From assembly GCA_030591685.1 (NCBI GenBank), contig JAUVAX010000013.1, positions 1 to 59,858 on the forward strand: 59,858 nucleotides of DNA. The letters run 5' to 3'. The translations under genes and the position numbers were made by a program. How positions within the stretch are numbered: the stretch's first letter is position 1; the number at the start of each line of letters is the position of its first letter. The notes under the pieces are model-generated. The model had not been told where the DNA came from, searched no databases, and saw only the letters and a list, made by a program, of their open reading frames with translations. This stretch comes from Pseudobdellovibrionaceae bacterium. Lineage in GTDB: Bacteria; Bdellovibrionota; Bdellovibrionia; Bdellovibrionales; UBA1609. Positions 9,383 to 19,573 of this stretch are shown here, one piece after another.

Positions 9383-10789
9383 CTAGGTCATCACCTGGAG
9401 GAGCAAAACGCGGTTGCCACGAAGAACCCTAATGAGGTTAAAACCATCCTTTTTAAGGCTCCTGAGCACTTGGCGAGCCTTTGCGGTCTTCATTCGGTTT
9501 ATATCAAGTATAATGTCCCCAGGGATTAATCCTGACTTTTCAGCCGCAGAGCCCGGAGTGACCTCAATAACCACAGGCCTGGGAGCTCTTAGCCGAGGGA
9601 GGTTCCAAGTTTTTGCCAAGGCCCTGTTGTAGTTAATAACTTTAAACCCAATGTTAAAGGGGGCCTTTTGGCCTTTGTATGATTTTTTCTTTTTTCTCTG
9701 GGCGAGTTTATCATCAGGGTGAACTAGAATTTTAATTTTTAAACCCTTAACTTTTCCGTTACGGTTGATTTTAAAAGCATAGGTTTTGTTAAGGTCTGCA
9801 TCGCTAATATATTGAGATAAATTATGAGCGTTAGAGACCTTCTTGCCATCGAATTCTAAAAACACATCGTACGGCTTTATGCCGGCCGTTTCAGCGGGGC
9901 TGCTTTCGATGATTTGAGTGACCAAGGCTCCGCTCGTTGATTTTAGTTTTAAGCTATGAGCCATTTGGGGTGAAATGTTTGAAAGGCTGACCCCCGCATA
10001 GCCTCGTTTTACGTGACCTGATTTTTCTAAAATAGTTAAAATCTTTTTAACATCATCAATGGGTATGGCAAAGCCGATCCCTTGAGCCCTGGCATCAATG
10101 GCGGTGTTCACCCCAACAACCTCTCCGTGTACGTTAACGAGTGGGCCCCCGGAGTTACCAGGGTTAATGCTCGCATCCGTTTGAAGAAAGGAAAATTTAT
10201 TAAGTTCATTAATATTACGCCCACGCGCCGAGAGTATCCCCTTCGTCATTGTATGGCCATGGCCATAAGGGTTGCCAAACGCGGCCAACCACTCTCCGAC
10301 CTCTAAAGACTTAGACTCTCCCAGCTTGGCTACTGGTAAATCTACTTTAGTTTCAATTTTAATTAAAGCTATGTCGGTGCGTTTGTCTTTGCCAATCACT
10401 TTGGCATCGTAGAGTTTTTCATCATTTTCAGACAACTGTACTTTGATGATGTCTGCGCCATCAATCACGTGATTATTAGTAAGGATGAGCCCGTCTTTTC
10501 TAATAATAAAACCCGTCCCCAGAGAATGAGCCTGAGGGGCTTGTTGTTGGTTAAAAACCTGTGGCCCGAAAAACTGTTTTAAAAATTGAGCGTAGGGGTC
10601 GTTGCGCAGGCCCTTACGAAACTTTGGTATTTGAGAGGTGTTGATATTAACTACCGTAGGGTTTATTAATTTAGCGAGCTCAACAAATAAGTCTGAGGGG
10701 AGGGGCTCGCCCTTACTCACTTCAGGTAATTTTGCAAAGCTAGTGCTAAAGAAAAGTACGCAAATAAAAAGTGGCGCTAGGATTTTCAC
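9383..10789 (-). CDS. degP: DegP/HtrA (Do family) periplasmic serine protease with two PDZ domains
   Basis: TNNHV, DIALIK and INPGNSGGPL catalytic triad; signal peptide. Confidence 0.93.
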   Translation of the reverse strand: MKILAPLFICVLFFSTSFAKLPEVSKGEPLPSDLFVELAKLINPTVVNINTSQIPKFRKGLRNDPYAQFLKQFFGPQVFNQQQAPQAHSLGTGFIIRKDGLILTNNHVIDGADIIKVQLSENDEKLYDAKVIGKDKRTDIALIKIETKVDLPVAKLGESKSLEVGEWLAAFGNPYGHGHTMTKGILSARGRNINELNKFSFLQTDASINPGNSGGPLVNVHGEVVGVNTAIDARAQGIGFAIPIDDVKKILTILEKSGHVKRGYAGVSLSNISPQMAHSLKLKSTSGALVTQIIESSPAETAGIKPYDVFLEFDGKKVSNAHNLSQYISDADLNKTYAFKINRNGKVKGLKIKILVHPDDKLAQRKKKKSYKGQKAPFNIGFKVINYNRALAKTWNLPRLRAPRPVVIEVTPGSAAEKSGLIPGDIILDINRMKTAKARQVLRSLKKDGFNLIRVLRGNRVLLLQVMT

Positions 10790-10813
10790 GATGGGTTGTA
10801 GCTCCTTTAATGC

Positions 10814-11074
10814 TTAGCTCTTATTGACTTCAACAAAACGCATTTGTAGGTCACTGATGATGGATTTTAAAAATTGATCCTCCTCATCACTGAGGTTGTT
10901 TTGGGTTTTATCTTGGAGTAGCACAAGTAGGTCAATATTAAACCGAGCCATTTTAAGGTCCTTTTCGGACTTATTAGTGTTGGGGTCAGGGGCTAAGCCT
11001 AGAGACATCATTGCTGAGGAGCCTATAGAAAGGGCAAGTGTCGAAAAGCTGGCCTCTAAATTTTGTTCATTCAT
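10814..11074 (-). CDS. DUF1844 family protein
   Basis: 'FSTLALSIGSSAMMSLG..PDP...ARFNIDLL..LQDKT.NNLS.EE..FL.SIISDLQMRFV'. Confidence 0.85.
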   Translation of the reverse strand: MNEQNLEASFSTLALSIGSSAMMSLGLAPDPNTNKSEKDLKMARFNIDLLVLLQDKTQNNLSDEEDQFLKSIISDLQMRFVEVNKS

Positions 11075-11086
11075 GAGTCGTCTCCT

Positions 11087-11926
11087 TTACAGTGGGTAAT
11101 AACCAATTAAATTTTTGAGCCTCTCTTTAATGCCTGGTTGGAGGTTAAAGTAACCAGTCCAGGTTTTACCCGTCAAGGGGCTGACTATAAATAGGTGTGC
11201 AGATGGTGCCGCAAAGTTTTGCGGTCTTGTTTTTTGGTATGAAGTCAGTTTCCAAAGAGCACTGGCTAAATTTTGCGAGCTCCCGCAGAGCTTTGCAGCC
11301 TCTTTGTCGACATTTAAGATACTTTGCCGGTTAATACATAAGTGCACAATCAGAGAGGCTAGTGGAGCCATCGCCCAGGCTAAAACTTGCCCTTTTTTTT
11401 GAAACTCCCATTTAGGGCCTAACGTTAAGGCAATAAGTCGGTCGGCCTGCTGGGGGAGAAACATCACGCCCTGAGCTAAAGAGCTTGCTATGGTAAAAGC
11501 CAGTGTATCATGGTTTTTAAGTGTGATAATTTGGTAAGCCACAATGGCTTTGAGTTCATTGAGGGTTAACTTTTCTACAGCGCCAGTGCTAATAAATAAC
11601 TGTCCGGACTTCCAGTTTCGACCCGTTGCCAAGGCCTGTGGGGTTAAGCAATCAAACAAGTAAATTTCGGGGCAGTGAATCCGAGCCTTTTTAGAGAGCT
11701 CTTGGGTGATTGAAATTAACCCCCAACTATCTTGCCCCTCAATAAGATGGCCATGATACTGGTTTACAAAATAAAAATCAGAGTAAAAATAAGAAATAGT
11801 ATTTACGCATAACGCAATGGCAAAGCCCCATAGAAGGCCCTCTCGTCCGCCAATAAAGTGCCCGGAGATGATCAATATCAACGAAAGAACACTTAAAAAT
11901 AGCCATGCGCGAGTACTGTTTTGCAT
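11087..11926 (-). CDS. HtpX-like M48 family membrane protein lacking HEXXH (probable pseudoprotease)
   Basis: HtpX architecture (N-terminal TMs, PQALATGR, STG, ELKAIVA, LASALWKL), but YQIIT replaces HEXXH. Confidence 0.85.
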   Translation of the reverse strand: MQNSTRAWLFLSVLSLILIISGHFIGGREGLLWGFAIALCVNTISYFYSDFYFVNQYHGHLIEGQDSWGLISITQELSKKARIHCPEIYLFDCLTPQALATGRNWKSGQLFISTGAVEKLTLNELKAIVAYQIITLKNHDTLAFTIASSLAQGVMFLPQQADRLIALTLGPKWEFQKKGQVLAWAMAPLASLIVHLCINRQSILNVDKEAAKLCGSSQNLASALWKLTSYQKTRPQNFAAPSAHLFIVSPLTGKTWTGYFNLQPGIKERLKNLIGYYPL

Positions 11927-12078
11927 AAATGCTACTGTACACAGAAATGCTCAGATGATGAACTTAAAGCTTTGTAAACAGAGCCGATTCATAACGAGCC
12001 GTGCCAACAGTGTGAATGTATATTGCAAGCCGTCTAAGGGTTGTAGGAGAATAATCACCTTACAGGAGGTTCAATTTA

Positions 12079-13068
12079 GTGGAAATCGACATACTAGCGC
12101 TCAACGAGGCTATTAAACAAGAAAGTCAATTTGTAGAGAAAACTTTAAAAGAAGTTTCCAAGGTTATTGTGGGACAACAAGAAATGTTAGAGGGCATTTT
12201 AATGGGCCTTTTAACAGGGGGGCATGTATTGCTTGAAGGCGTACCAGGGCTTGCGAAAACGCTCACTATATCGTCAATTTCAAAAGCCATTTCGTTAGAT
12301 TTTCAAAGGATACAGTTTACCCCAGACTTACTCCCAACAGACCTCATTGGTACGCTCGTGTTTAACCCTAAGAGTGGTGAGTTCACCCCTAAAAAAGGAC
12401 CCATATTTACAAATATAGTTTTGGCCGATGAGATCAACAGGGCCCCGGCAAAAGTGCAAAGTGCTCTGCTTGAGGCTATGGCTGAAAAGCAAGTCACTAT
12501 TAGTGATACAAGCTACAAGCTAGATTCTCCGTTTTTAGTTTTAGCCACACAAAACCCATTAGAGCAAGAGGGCACTTACCCGCTACCGGAGGCTCAAATG
12601 GATCGTTTTATGTTTAAAATACAAGTGACCTATCCGAATAAAAAAGAAGAGCTAGAAATTTTAGAAAAAATGTCTACCAATGATTCACCAACGATAAGCC
12701 CCGTGATTTCTAAAGAAGAGCTCATGCGCGCCTCTCAGCGAGTGGACCAAATATATGTAGACGATAAAATAAAGCAGTATATTGTAGAGCTAGTTATGGC
12801 CACTCGTGAACCCGACGACTACGGACTTTCTCACATGAGCAATTTGATTTCAGTAGGTGTTTCACCGCGGGCCTCGATAAGTTTAACAAGAGCTTCAAAA
12901 GCTCATGCATTTATTCGAGGTCGGGGCTATGTTACGGCTGAGGACGTAAAGGCCATCGCTTATCATGTTCTTTGCCACAGGGTTATTTTAACATACGAAG
13001 CCGAGGCCGAGGATGTGAGCAAAGAGGATGTGATAAAAGAAGTATTAAATCAAATTGAGGTGCCTTAA
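12079..13068 (+). CDS. moxR: MoxR-family AAA+ ATPase
   Basis: HVLLEGVPGLAKT, RIQFTPDLLP, DEINRAPAKVQSALLEAM, ATQNPLEQEGTYPLPEAQMDRF. Confidence 0.96.
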   Translation: MEIDILALNEAIKQESQFVEKTLKEVSKVIVGQQEMLEGILMGLLTGGHVLLEGVPGLAKTLTISSISKAISLDFQRIQFTPDLLPTDLIGTLVFNPKSGEFTPKKGPIFTNIVLADEINRAPAKVQSALLEAMAEKQVTISDTSYKLDSPFLVLATQNPLEQEGTYPLPEAQMDRFMFKIQVTYPNKKEELEILEKMSTNDSPTISPVISKEELMRASQRVDQIYVDDKIKQYIVELVMATREPDDYGLSHMSNLISVGVSPRASISLTRASKAHAFIRGRGYVTAEDVKAIAYHVLCHRVILTYEAEAEDVSKEDVIKEVLNQIEVP

Positions 13069-13071
13069 GCC

Positions 13072-13947
13072 TTGGGCATCCCTAACGAGATTTTAAAAAA
13101 AGTAAAGTTACTAGAAATATCGACGCGTAAACTAGTTAATAATATGTTTACCGGCGAGTATCACTCAGCCTTTAAAGGCCAAGGCATGACCTTTAGTGAG
13201 TTTCGTGAGTACGTGCCCGGGGATGATGTGAGAACAATTTCATGGCCCGTAACAGCACGAACGGGTAAAACATTTATAAAAAAATTCGATGAAGAGCGTG
13301 AAATGACAGTCATGCTTGTTGTAGACGTCAGTGCCTCGTCAGACTTTGGAAGTCAAAAATATTTTAAAGGCGAAGTTTTTAACCATTTAGCTGCACTGTT
13401 AAGTTTTACGGCTTCCAAAAACAATGACCCCGTCGGGTTAATACTGTTTTCAGATCAAGTGGAGCACTACGTGCCCCCCAAAAAAGGCCGAGGGCATATA
13501 CATAGAATTTTACGTGACTTGTATTATTTTAAACCCCAATCAAGAAAAACAAATATTAAAGTTGTGATTGACCACTTGCTCGCCGTTTTAAAAAAGAAGG
13601 CCCATATTTTTTTGTTCAGCGATTTTTATGATCAAAATTACGAAAAATCTCTTAAACTTATTGGGCGCAAGCACGACACTGTCGCAGTTGTGATCAATGA
13701 CCCTGCAGAACTTGAAATGCCCAATATTGGTGTTGTTGATTTTTACGACCCAGAGCTTGAAGAGGTACTTACCGTTGATACATCATCTAAAGTGTTTAGA
13801 AAAGATTATAAACTTAAAGTACTAGAGGCTGCGGGCCAGAGAGATGGGGTTTTAAAACGATCAAAAGTGGACCGAATTGACATTGTTGTGGGCGAAGATT
13901 TTACAGGGCCCCTAATTAAATTTTTTAAACAAAGAAACTTACGGTAA
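13072..13947 (+). CDS. DUF58 (VWA-like) MoxR partner
   Basis: GEYHSAFKGQGMTFSEFREYVPGDDVRTISW...TAR. Confidence 0.93.
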   Translation: MGIPNEILKKVKLLEISTRKLVNNMFTGEYHSAFKGQGMTFSEFREYVPGDDVRTISWPVTARTGKTFIKKFDEEREMTVMLVVDVSASSDFGSQKYFKGEVFNHLAALLSFTASKNNDPVGLILFSDQVEHYVPPKKGRGHIHRILRDLYYFKPQSRKTNIKVVIDHLLAVLKKKAHIFLFSDFYDQNYEKSLKLIGRKHDTVAVVINDPAELEMPNIGVVDFYDPELEEVLTVDTSSKVFRKDYKLKVLEAAGQRDGVLKRSKVDRIDIVVGEDFTGPLIKFFKQRNLR

Positions 13948-14865
13948 ATGGCTAAAGAAGCAAAAAAAAATAAAGACCCTGTTTGGTCATGTACAGCTCA
14001 AACTATTGATAAGGATCAAAAGCCCTTAAACGTTGGTGATAAATACGGTTTGATTTGTAAAGGTGATTTTATAGATGGGCTAGAGTCGCCATTAAAGCTA
14101 GAGTTTAAGGACTCAAAAAATCAATACTCTATACATATCCTAAATCTCAATCAGTTGACGGGGGGTCGTGTTGATTTCGTCGCTACATCCTATAAGCCGG
14201 GTAAAAAACAGGGGCAAATCTTTTTTTTCACTGATAAAATGGGTAAAAAAATTCAAGTTAATGGAGTGGATTTAGAGGTAGCTACAGTTATTGAGCAAAA
14301 ACAAGGGCAGCCAGCACCCAAACCTTTTGGCCCGAAGGGTCCTTATGAGTTAGCAATGCCCTGGTGGTACTATTTGTTTTTCATAGTGATGATAGTAGTG
14401 ATTTTGTCATTACTGAGTAATAAAACTTATAGAATATTTCAAAGAAAAAAACTCAAAGAGAATTTATCAAAATTTAAAACCGCCATTGGTGCCTATAATC
14501 AGTTTAACAAAGAGTGGCGAACCCATGTTAAGTCTTTTTCAATATCTACGCCTGAGAAGTTCTCAAAAGCTAACGCCGATGAGTTTGTTGAAAAGCTAAG
14601 GGTCTCCTTTTCTATGTACATCGTTCGTGAGTTTAAAATACCAGCTATGGAGTGGAGTGTGAAAAACACCCTCAAAGATTTAAAAAAATATCATTTTAGT
14701 ATTTACGTTAAGCACGTCTCCGGCATTATGCGTTTAACAACTGAGTTTGAAAAGGCCTCAGGCTCAGCTAATGTAAATTATCATGACTGTGAGCAGATCT
14801 CGTTTATGACGAGGGATTTAATACAAAAAATCCATCAATCTTATGTACAAGGGAGGGGCAAATGA
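13948..14865 (+). CDS. Bat-operon membrane protein (DUF4381-like position)
   Basis: Single TM after a Pro-rich segment; lies between the DUF58 and VWA genes. Confidence 0.65.
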   Translation: MAKEAKKNKDPVWSCTAQTIDKDQKPLNVGDKYGLICKGDFIDGLESPLKLEFKDSKNQYSIHILNLNQLTGGRVDFVATSYKPGKKQGQIFFFTDKMGKKIQVNGVDLEVATVIEQKQGQPAPKPFGPKGPYELAMPWWYYLFFIVMIVVILSLLSNKTYRIFQRKKLKENLSKFKTAIGAYNQFNKEWRTHVKSFSISTPEKFSKANADEFVEKLRVSFSMYIVREFKIPAMEWSVKNTLKDLKKYHFSIYVKHVSGIMRLTTEFEKASGSANVNYHDCEQISFMTRDLIQKIHQSYVQGRGK

Positions 14866-15866
14866 TGTGGCACTCCCCTTGGGCCTTTACTTTTTTAGCC
14901 TTAATAGTGGCGGCCGTACTTTATGTATTTTTACGTTATAATAAACTAACATCTTATTTTCAGTTTAGTAGTTTAGAGCAGATAAAAAAAATTAATCCAG
15001 GTCTTAGAGCACATCTAGTTAAACTACCTTTAATTTTAAAGTCATTAGCTCTTGTGTTTGCTGTTATAGCTTTGGCTCGGCCCCAGGAGGCCGACACACA
15101 AATAAAAAGAAATGTAGAGGGTATTGATATTGTTGTTGCTCTAGATATATCAGACTCCATGCTTATTGAAGACATGAAGCCCCAAAACCGCCTTCAGGCC
15201 TCAAAACAAACTATAAAAAACTTTATACAAAAACGGTTTTCAGACCGAATCGGTCTGGTTGTTTTTGCAGGGGAGTCCTACACACGTGTCCCTATGACGT
15301 TAGATTACCCAATACTCTTAAATAACCTAGCCTCTGTTACGACCACTCAAAATATAAAAATGGGTACGGCTATAGGGGTAGCCCTGGCAACAGCAGTGGC
15401 TCGACTTAAAGACTCTCAGGCTAAAAGCAAAGTGGTTATATTTTTAACTGACGGTGAGAACAACAGTGGCACCATAGACCCACATACGGCCATTGATATT
15501 GCAAAAACATATGACGTTAAAATATACTCTATTGGCATGGGTAAAGACGGAGAAACAAGACTCCCTGTTTATGTAAAAGACAGTTTTAATCGAGTTCGTA
15601 AAACCTACAAACCTTTTTTTAGCAAAGTGAATGAAGAGCTCTTAGGGCAAATGGCTCAAGAGACAGAAGGTAAGTTTTATAGAGCCAATACTACAAACGC
15701 ACTTGTATCTGTTTTTGAAGACATAAACGAGCTTGAGAAATCTAAAATTGAAAGCACCGAGTTTACGAACTACATTGAGCATTTTCATGTATGGCTTTTA
15801 TGGGCTGTGGGGTTATATTTGATGGCGTTTTTATTAGGTCATAGTGTTTTGAGAAAGGGGCCCTGA
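14862..15866 (+). CDS. batA: BatA-like VWA membrane protein
   Basis: ALARPQ, MIDAS DISDS, DRIGLVVFAG, LTDGENNSG. Confidence 0.88.
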   Translation: MMWHSPWAFTFLALIVAAVLYVFLRYNKLTSYFQFSSLEQIKKINPGLRAHLVKLPLILKSLALVFAVIALARPQEADTQIKRNVEGIDIVVALDISDSMLIEDMKPQNRLQASKQTIKNFIQKRFSDRIGLVVFAGESYTRVPMTLDYPILLNNLASVTTTQNIKMGTAIGVALATAVARLKDSQAKSKVVIFLTDGENNSGTIDPHTAIDIAKTYDVKIYSIGMGKDGETRLPVYVKDSFNRVRKTYKPFFSKVNEELLGQMAQETEGKFYRANTTNALVSVFEDINELEKSKIESTEFTNYIEHFHVWLLWAVGLYLMAFLLGHSVLRKGP

Positions 15867-15869
15867 AAA

Positions 15870-16925
15870 ATGTTTAGATTTGAAAACCCTACTGTGCTTC
15901 AGTTTTTATGGATCATCCCCATAGTGTTTATATTATTTATTGTTTTTCAAAAACAGCAATTAGCCCGGTTAAAGAAAGCCTTTGAGAGTAAACTATTAAA
16001 ATACATGATGGCCTCGGTTTCAGTAAAAAAAAGAGGGGCTAAGGTAACTCTACAGGCACTATGTTTAATACTTATGATTTTAGCTTTAGCTCGGCCACAG
16101 TCAGGGCAGGGAGAGAAACAGGTTCGGTCTGAGGGTGTGGAACTTGTGTTTATGTTTGACGTGTCGTCGTCTATGCTTGCCGAAGATGTTAAGCCCAGTC
16201 GTTTAGAGTTAGCTAAAAAAGAAATCTCTAGGTTTATAGACATGAGCTTGGGCCACCGAGTGGGGCTTATTGCTTTTGCCGGCAATGCTGTATTGCTTTC
16301 CCCCGTGACTCAAGATCGAGGGGCATTAAAAATGTACATTGAGTCTTTATCAACGGACGTGGTTTCAACCCAGGGGACAGTGTTTAAAAAACCTCTGTCC
16401 ATGGCCGCAGAAGCCTTTAAAAGGGGTGGGGCTGAAAGCAGCCCCGATACGTCTGTGACGAGGGTTGTTGTGATTGTGTCTGATGGTGAGGACAATGAAC
16501 CAGGGGCTATTGAGGAGGCTCATAAGTTAGTCTCTCAAGGCATTCGTATTTTTACGTTGGGCTTTGGGTCTGAAAAGGGCGCGCCCATACCCATTAAAAA
16601 TCAACGTCATGAAACTGTGGGATATAAAAAAGATAAAGCTGGCAAAACAATCATGACTAAGACTAAGGGGACTGTGTTAAAAAAACTAGCTCAAGCCGGA
16701 AAGGGCAGTTTTTATCATGTAAGCTTTGGCGGCTCGGTTATAAATTACCTTCTTGAAGACCTTGATAAGCTTGAGAAAAGTACATTTGATGCTACTAAAA
16801 TTTCAAATTACGATGAGCACTTTCAGTGGCCCTTGTTTTTTGCAATTTTAGTGGGTTTAATAGAGTTGGTGTTGGGTGAGCGAAAATCGCCCTCTCGGAT
16901 ATGGAGAGGTCGGTTTACGGCTTAG
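15870..16925 (+). CDS. batB: BatB-like VWA membrane protein
   Basis: MFRFENP, DVSSSMLAEDVKPSRL, SDGED. Confidence 0.88.
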   Translation: MFRFENPTVLQFLWIIPIVFILFIVFQKQQLARLKKAFESKLLKYMMASVSVKKRGAKVTLQALCLILMILALARPQSGQGEKQVRSEGVELVFMFDVSSSMLAEDVKPSRLELAKKEISRFIDMSLGHRVGLIAFAGNAVLLSPVTQDRGALKMYIESLSTDVVSTQGTVFKKPLSMAAEAFKRGGAESSPDTSVTRVVVIVSDGEDNEPGAIEEAHKLVSQGIRIFTLGFGSEKGAPIPIKNQRHETVGYKKDKAGKTIMTKTKGTVLKKLAQAGKGSFYHVSFGGSVINYLLEDLDKLEKSTFDATKISNYDEHFQWPLFFAILVGLIELVLGERKSPSRIWRGRFTA

Positions 16926-16935
16926 AGGTGTTTTG

Positions 16936-17688
16936 ATGTGCATTAAAAAGGCATTAATATTAGCGAGCCTGTTTGTGGTACTTCCTCAAAGGGGCTTTGC
17001 CATTGAGCTTGATTCAATTCGTGAAAACACTAAGGGAGTAGAAAGCCTAGTGTTGGCCCTAGAGAGGCTGGAGCAGTTTCAAAAAGAGGCTCAAAAGCAG
17101 GCCCCTAAAGGAGCCCCTCCACCAGAGGTAAAGTTAGACCCCGAAGAGTTAACTCCAGCATTAAATCACTTTATAAAGGCTCTCGGTGTGCAGCCGCAGA
17201 ATAAAGTGATTCGATTTAATTTAGCCCTGATTTTACAATTGCAAGGTCATCTTAAAAAGGCTTTAATTGAGTACGAACTGTTGCAAAAAGGAGCTGTTGA
17301 TCAATTTAAATTTAACGTTGTTTTTAATAAAGCCATTATATATACAAAGTTGAATGACTTTAAAAAAGCTCTAGAGAACTATCAGGTGGCTTTAGAGGTT
17401 GAACCAGACTCTCAAGAGGTCAAAACCAATATCGAGCTGCTTTGGCAAAACTCTAAGGGCTCGGGTGGCGAAGACGAAGATAAATCAAAAGACGATAAAA
17501 GCGGTAAAGATAAAAAAGAAGACACACCCGGTAAAGAAACTAAACCACAAAAAAAGAAAAAGCCAAAAGACTTATCAAAGAGTGAGATTAAAAAAATATT
17601 AAATGAGTTAAAAAATCAAGAGAAAAAAATTAGAGCCAAAGAAATAAATGAAAAATTAAAGGAGAGCCCTCGTGAAAAAGACTGGTAA
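16936..17688 (+). CDS. batC: BatC-like TPR protein
   Basis: TPRs ending 'NIELL', charged linker, C-terminal 'EKDW'; GAGGTG RBS before ATG 16936. Confidence 0.8.
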   Translation: MCIKKALILASLFVVLPQRGFAIELDSIRENTKGVESLVLALERLEQFQKEAQKQAPKGAPPPEVKLDPEELTPALNHFIKALGVQPQNKVIRFNLALILQLQGHLKKALIEYELLQKGAVDQFKFNVVFNKAIIYTKLNDFKKALENYQVALEVEPDSQEVKTNIELLWQNSKGSGGEDEDKSKDDKSGKDKKEDTPGKETKPQKKKKPKDLSKSEIKKILNELKNQEKKIRAKEINEKLKESPREKDW

Positions 17689-19573
17689 AATCGTTCTTCT
17701 GCTCTTAGTGCAGGTTTTGCTTTTGTTACCTGTTCATGCGGCACAGGTCGACGTGCAGGCTACAGTAGATAGAAACACAATGTACTCGGGCGATACATTT
17801 ACTTTGTCGGTTGTTGTTTCGTCTGAGGGGTCAGCTAACATGCGTGAGCCGCGGTTACCGACTTTAAAGAGTTTTGACGTTCTTAATGCGTGGCCAGAGA
17901 CACAAATTAAATCACAATTTATAAATGGAAAGTTTACAACATCAAGAGTAAAGAGGTTTAACTATATGTTGGCACCAAAATCTCATGGTGCTCTAAGCTT
18001 GGGCGCTGTTTCAGTTGATGTGAATGGTCAAATATATAAAACAAAACCCATTTCAATTACGGTCAAAAAGGGCTCATCCCCAAAGGGTAATACAGCTCGG
18101 ACTAAACAACGACGGCAACGGTTTAAGGACCCTTTTTCAAACATGGAAGAGGAGGCCGTGGATGTTTTCAATCAACTATTAAGACGTCAGAGGCCTCTGC
18201 GTGGTCAACGAGAAATGAATATCAACCCAAATGAAGTCTACTTTGTAGATACAAAGGTAGATAAAAAGAAAGTCTATGTTGGCGAACAAGTCACCGTAAG
18301 TTGGTATATATATACTCGGTATGATTTAACGAATATTCAAAACATTAAATATCCAGATTTAAAGGGGTTTTGGAAAGAGGACATAGAGATTGCCACAAAT
18401 TTATCGTTCTCAAATGAGGTTATAAATGGGGTTATGTATAAAAAAGCTCTTTTGGCTTCGTATGCTCTGTTCCCTGTTAAAAAGGGCTCGTCCACGATTG
18501 ATGTTTATAAAATAAAGTGCCGATTTAGAATGCCGGGGCTTTTAGGTTTTAGGCAAACAGATTATGTGGTCAAGGGGAGTCCGAGTATAAATATTAAAGT
18601 GCTTCCGCTGCCTTCAGGCCAACCAAAAGACTTCACAGGTGCTGTCGGGGACTTTAGGCTGAAGTCTTCTATAGAGGGACTGCAGGTTAATGCCGACGAG
18701 CCGGTAAACTTTAAAGTTCAGTTTTCGGGCCGTGGTAACGCAAAAAGAATAGACTTGCCTGAGTTGGATTTGCCAAAGTCTGTTGATATTTTTGACACAA
18801 AAGATTCATCAAAGTTTAATAAAAACGGGACGAGTTTTAAAAACTATGAAATTTTATTAGTACCCAGAGTTCCGGGTGAATTAATACTAAAGCCAATGAG
18901 TTTTAGTTTCTTTAACCCCCGCACACGCAAATACTATTCGCAAAAGACTAAAGAGTTTAAATTAAAAGTGAGTGAAAGTAAAAATAAGCAAATGTTACCT
19001 CAAAGTCGCGTGGTCACAACGCCAGGAGAAGCGGAGCTTAAGGCCAACAACGGCCCGCCGCCCATTCATATGTCTTGGAGTTCACAGGCGGGTTTAAGCC
19101 CTAAGCTTAAGTTTAAGTTTTGGATTTTTGCGCTAATAATGTCTTTTGCTTATCTGGCTTGGCGTTACATGATTGAATTTCAAGTATTAAACACAACTCA
19201 GGGTATAGATGTAGAGTTAAAAAGGCGAATTGGAACTTTAAATGACTACGCTTCAAAAGACCAATGGAGAAAGGTGGGTATTGAGGGTAGTAATTTAATT
19301 TATTTCTTATTAGGGGAGCTTTCAGGAGCCGGTGGGGCCAACCGTCAGGCTGATAAATTGTTAGAGATGGCCCCCCCCAGCGTGCGCAGAGGTGCAGGAG
19401 AGGGGATTTTAAATCAGTTAAAAACTTTTGAAGAGGTCGCATTTGCCCCCCTTGAGGTTGTTGGGGCAAAGAAAGATAAAAAGAGTTTGCGAATCATGAT
19501 TAAGAGTTTAGATAAAATTTGTAAATCGGCTGTAAAGCTGTCAAAAAATGACACTCATTTGGGCGGAGAATAG
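17672..19573 (+). CDS. batD: BatD family protein
   Basis: ATVDRN, VYVGEQV, FTGAVGDF, SGRGN Ig-like repeats; C-terminal TM. Confidence 0.88.
   Translation: MKKTGKIVLLLLVQVLLLLPVHAAQVDVQATVDRNTMYSGDTFTLSVVVSSEGSANMREPRLPTLKSFDVLNAWPETQIKSQFINGKFTTSRVKRFNYMLAPKSHGALSLGAVSVDVNGQIYKTKPISITVKKGSSPKGNTARTKQRRQRFKDPFSNMEEEAVDVFNQLLRRQRPLRGQREMNINPNEVYFVDTKVDKKKVYVGEQVTVSWYIYTRYDLTNIQNIKYPDLKGFWKEDIEIATNLSFSNEVINGVMYKKALLASYALFPVKKGSSTIDVYKIKCRFRMPGLLGFRQTDYVVKGSPSINIKVLPLPSGQPKDFTGAVGDFRLKSSIEGLQVNADEPVNFKVQFSGRGNAKRIDLPELDLPKSVDIFDTKDSSKFNKNGTSFKNYEILLVPRVPGELILKPMSFSFFNPRTRKYYSQKTKEFKLKVSESKNKQMLPQSRVVTTPGEAELKANNGPPPIHMSWSSQAGLSPKLKFKFWIFALIMSFAYLAWRYMIEFQVLNTTQGIDVELKRRIGTLNDYASKDQWRKVGIEGSNLIYFLLGELSGAGGANRQADKLLEMAPPSVRRGAGEGILNQLKTFEEVAFAPLEVVGAKKDKKSLRIMIKSLDKICKSAVKLSKNDTHLGGE

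Noticed and set aside
11990..12008. TGGCACG sigma-54-like -24 box upstream of the htpX-like gene
   Set aside because: No GC at the -12 position
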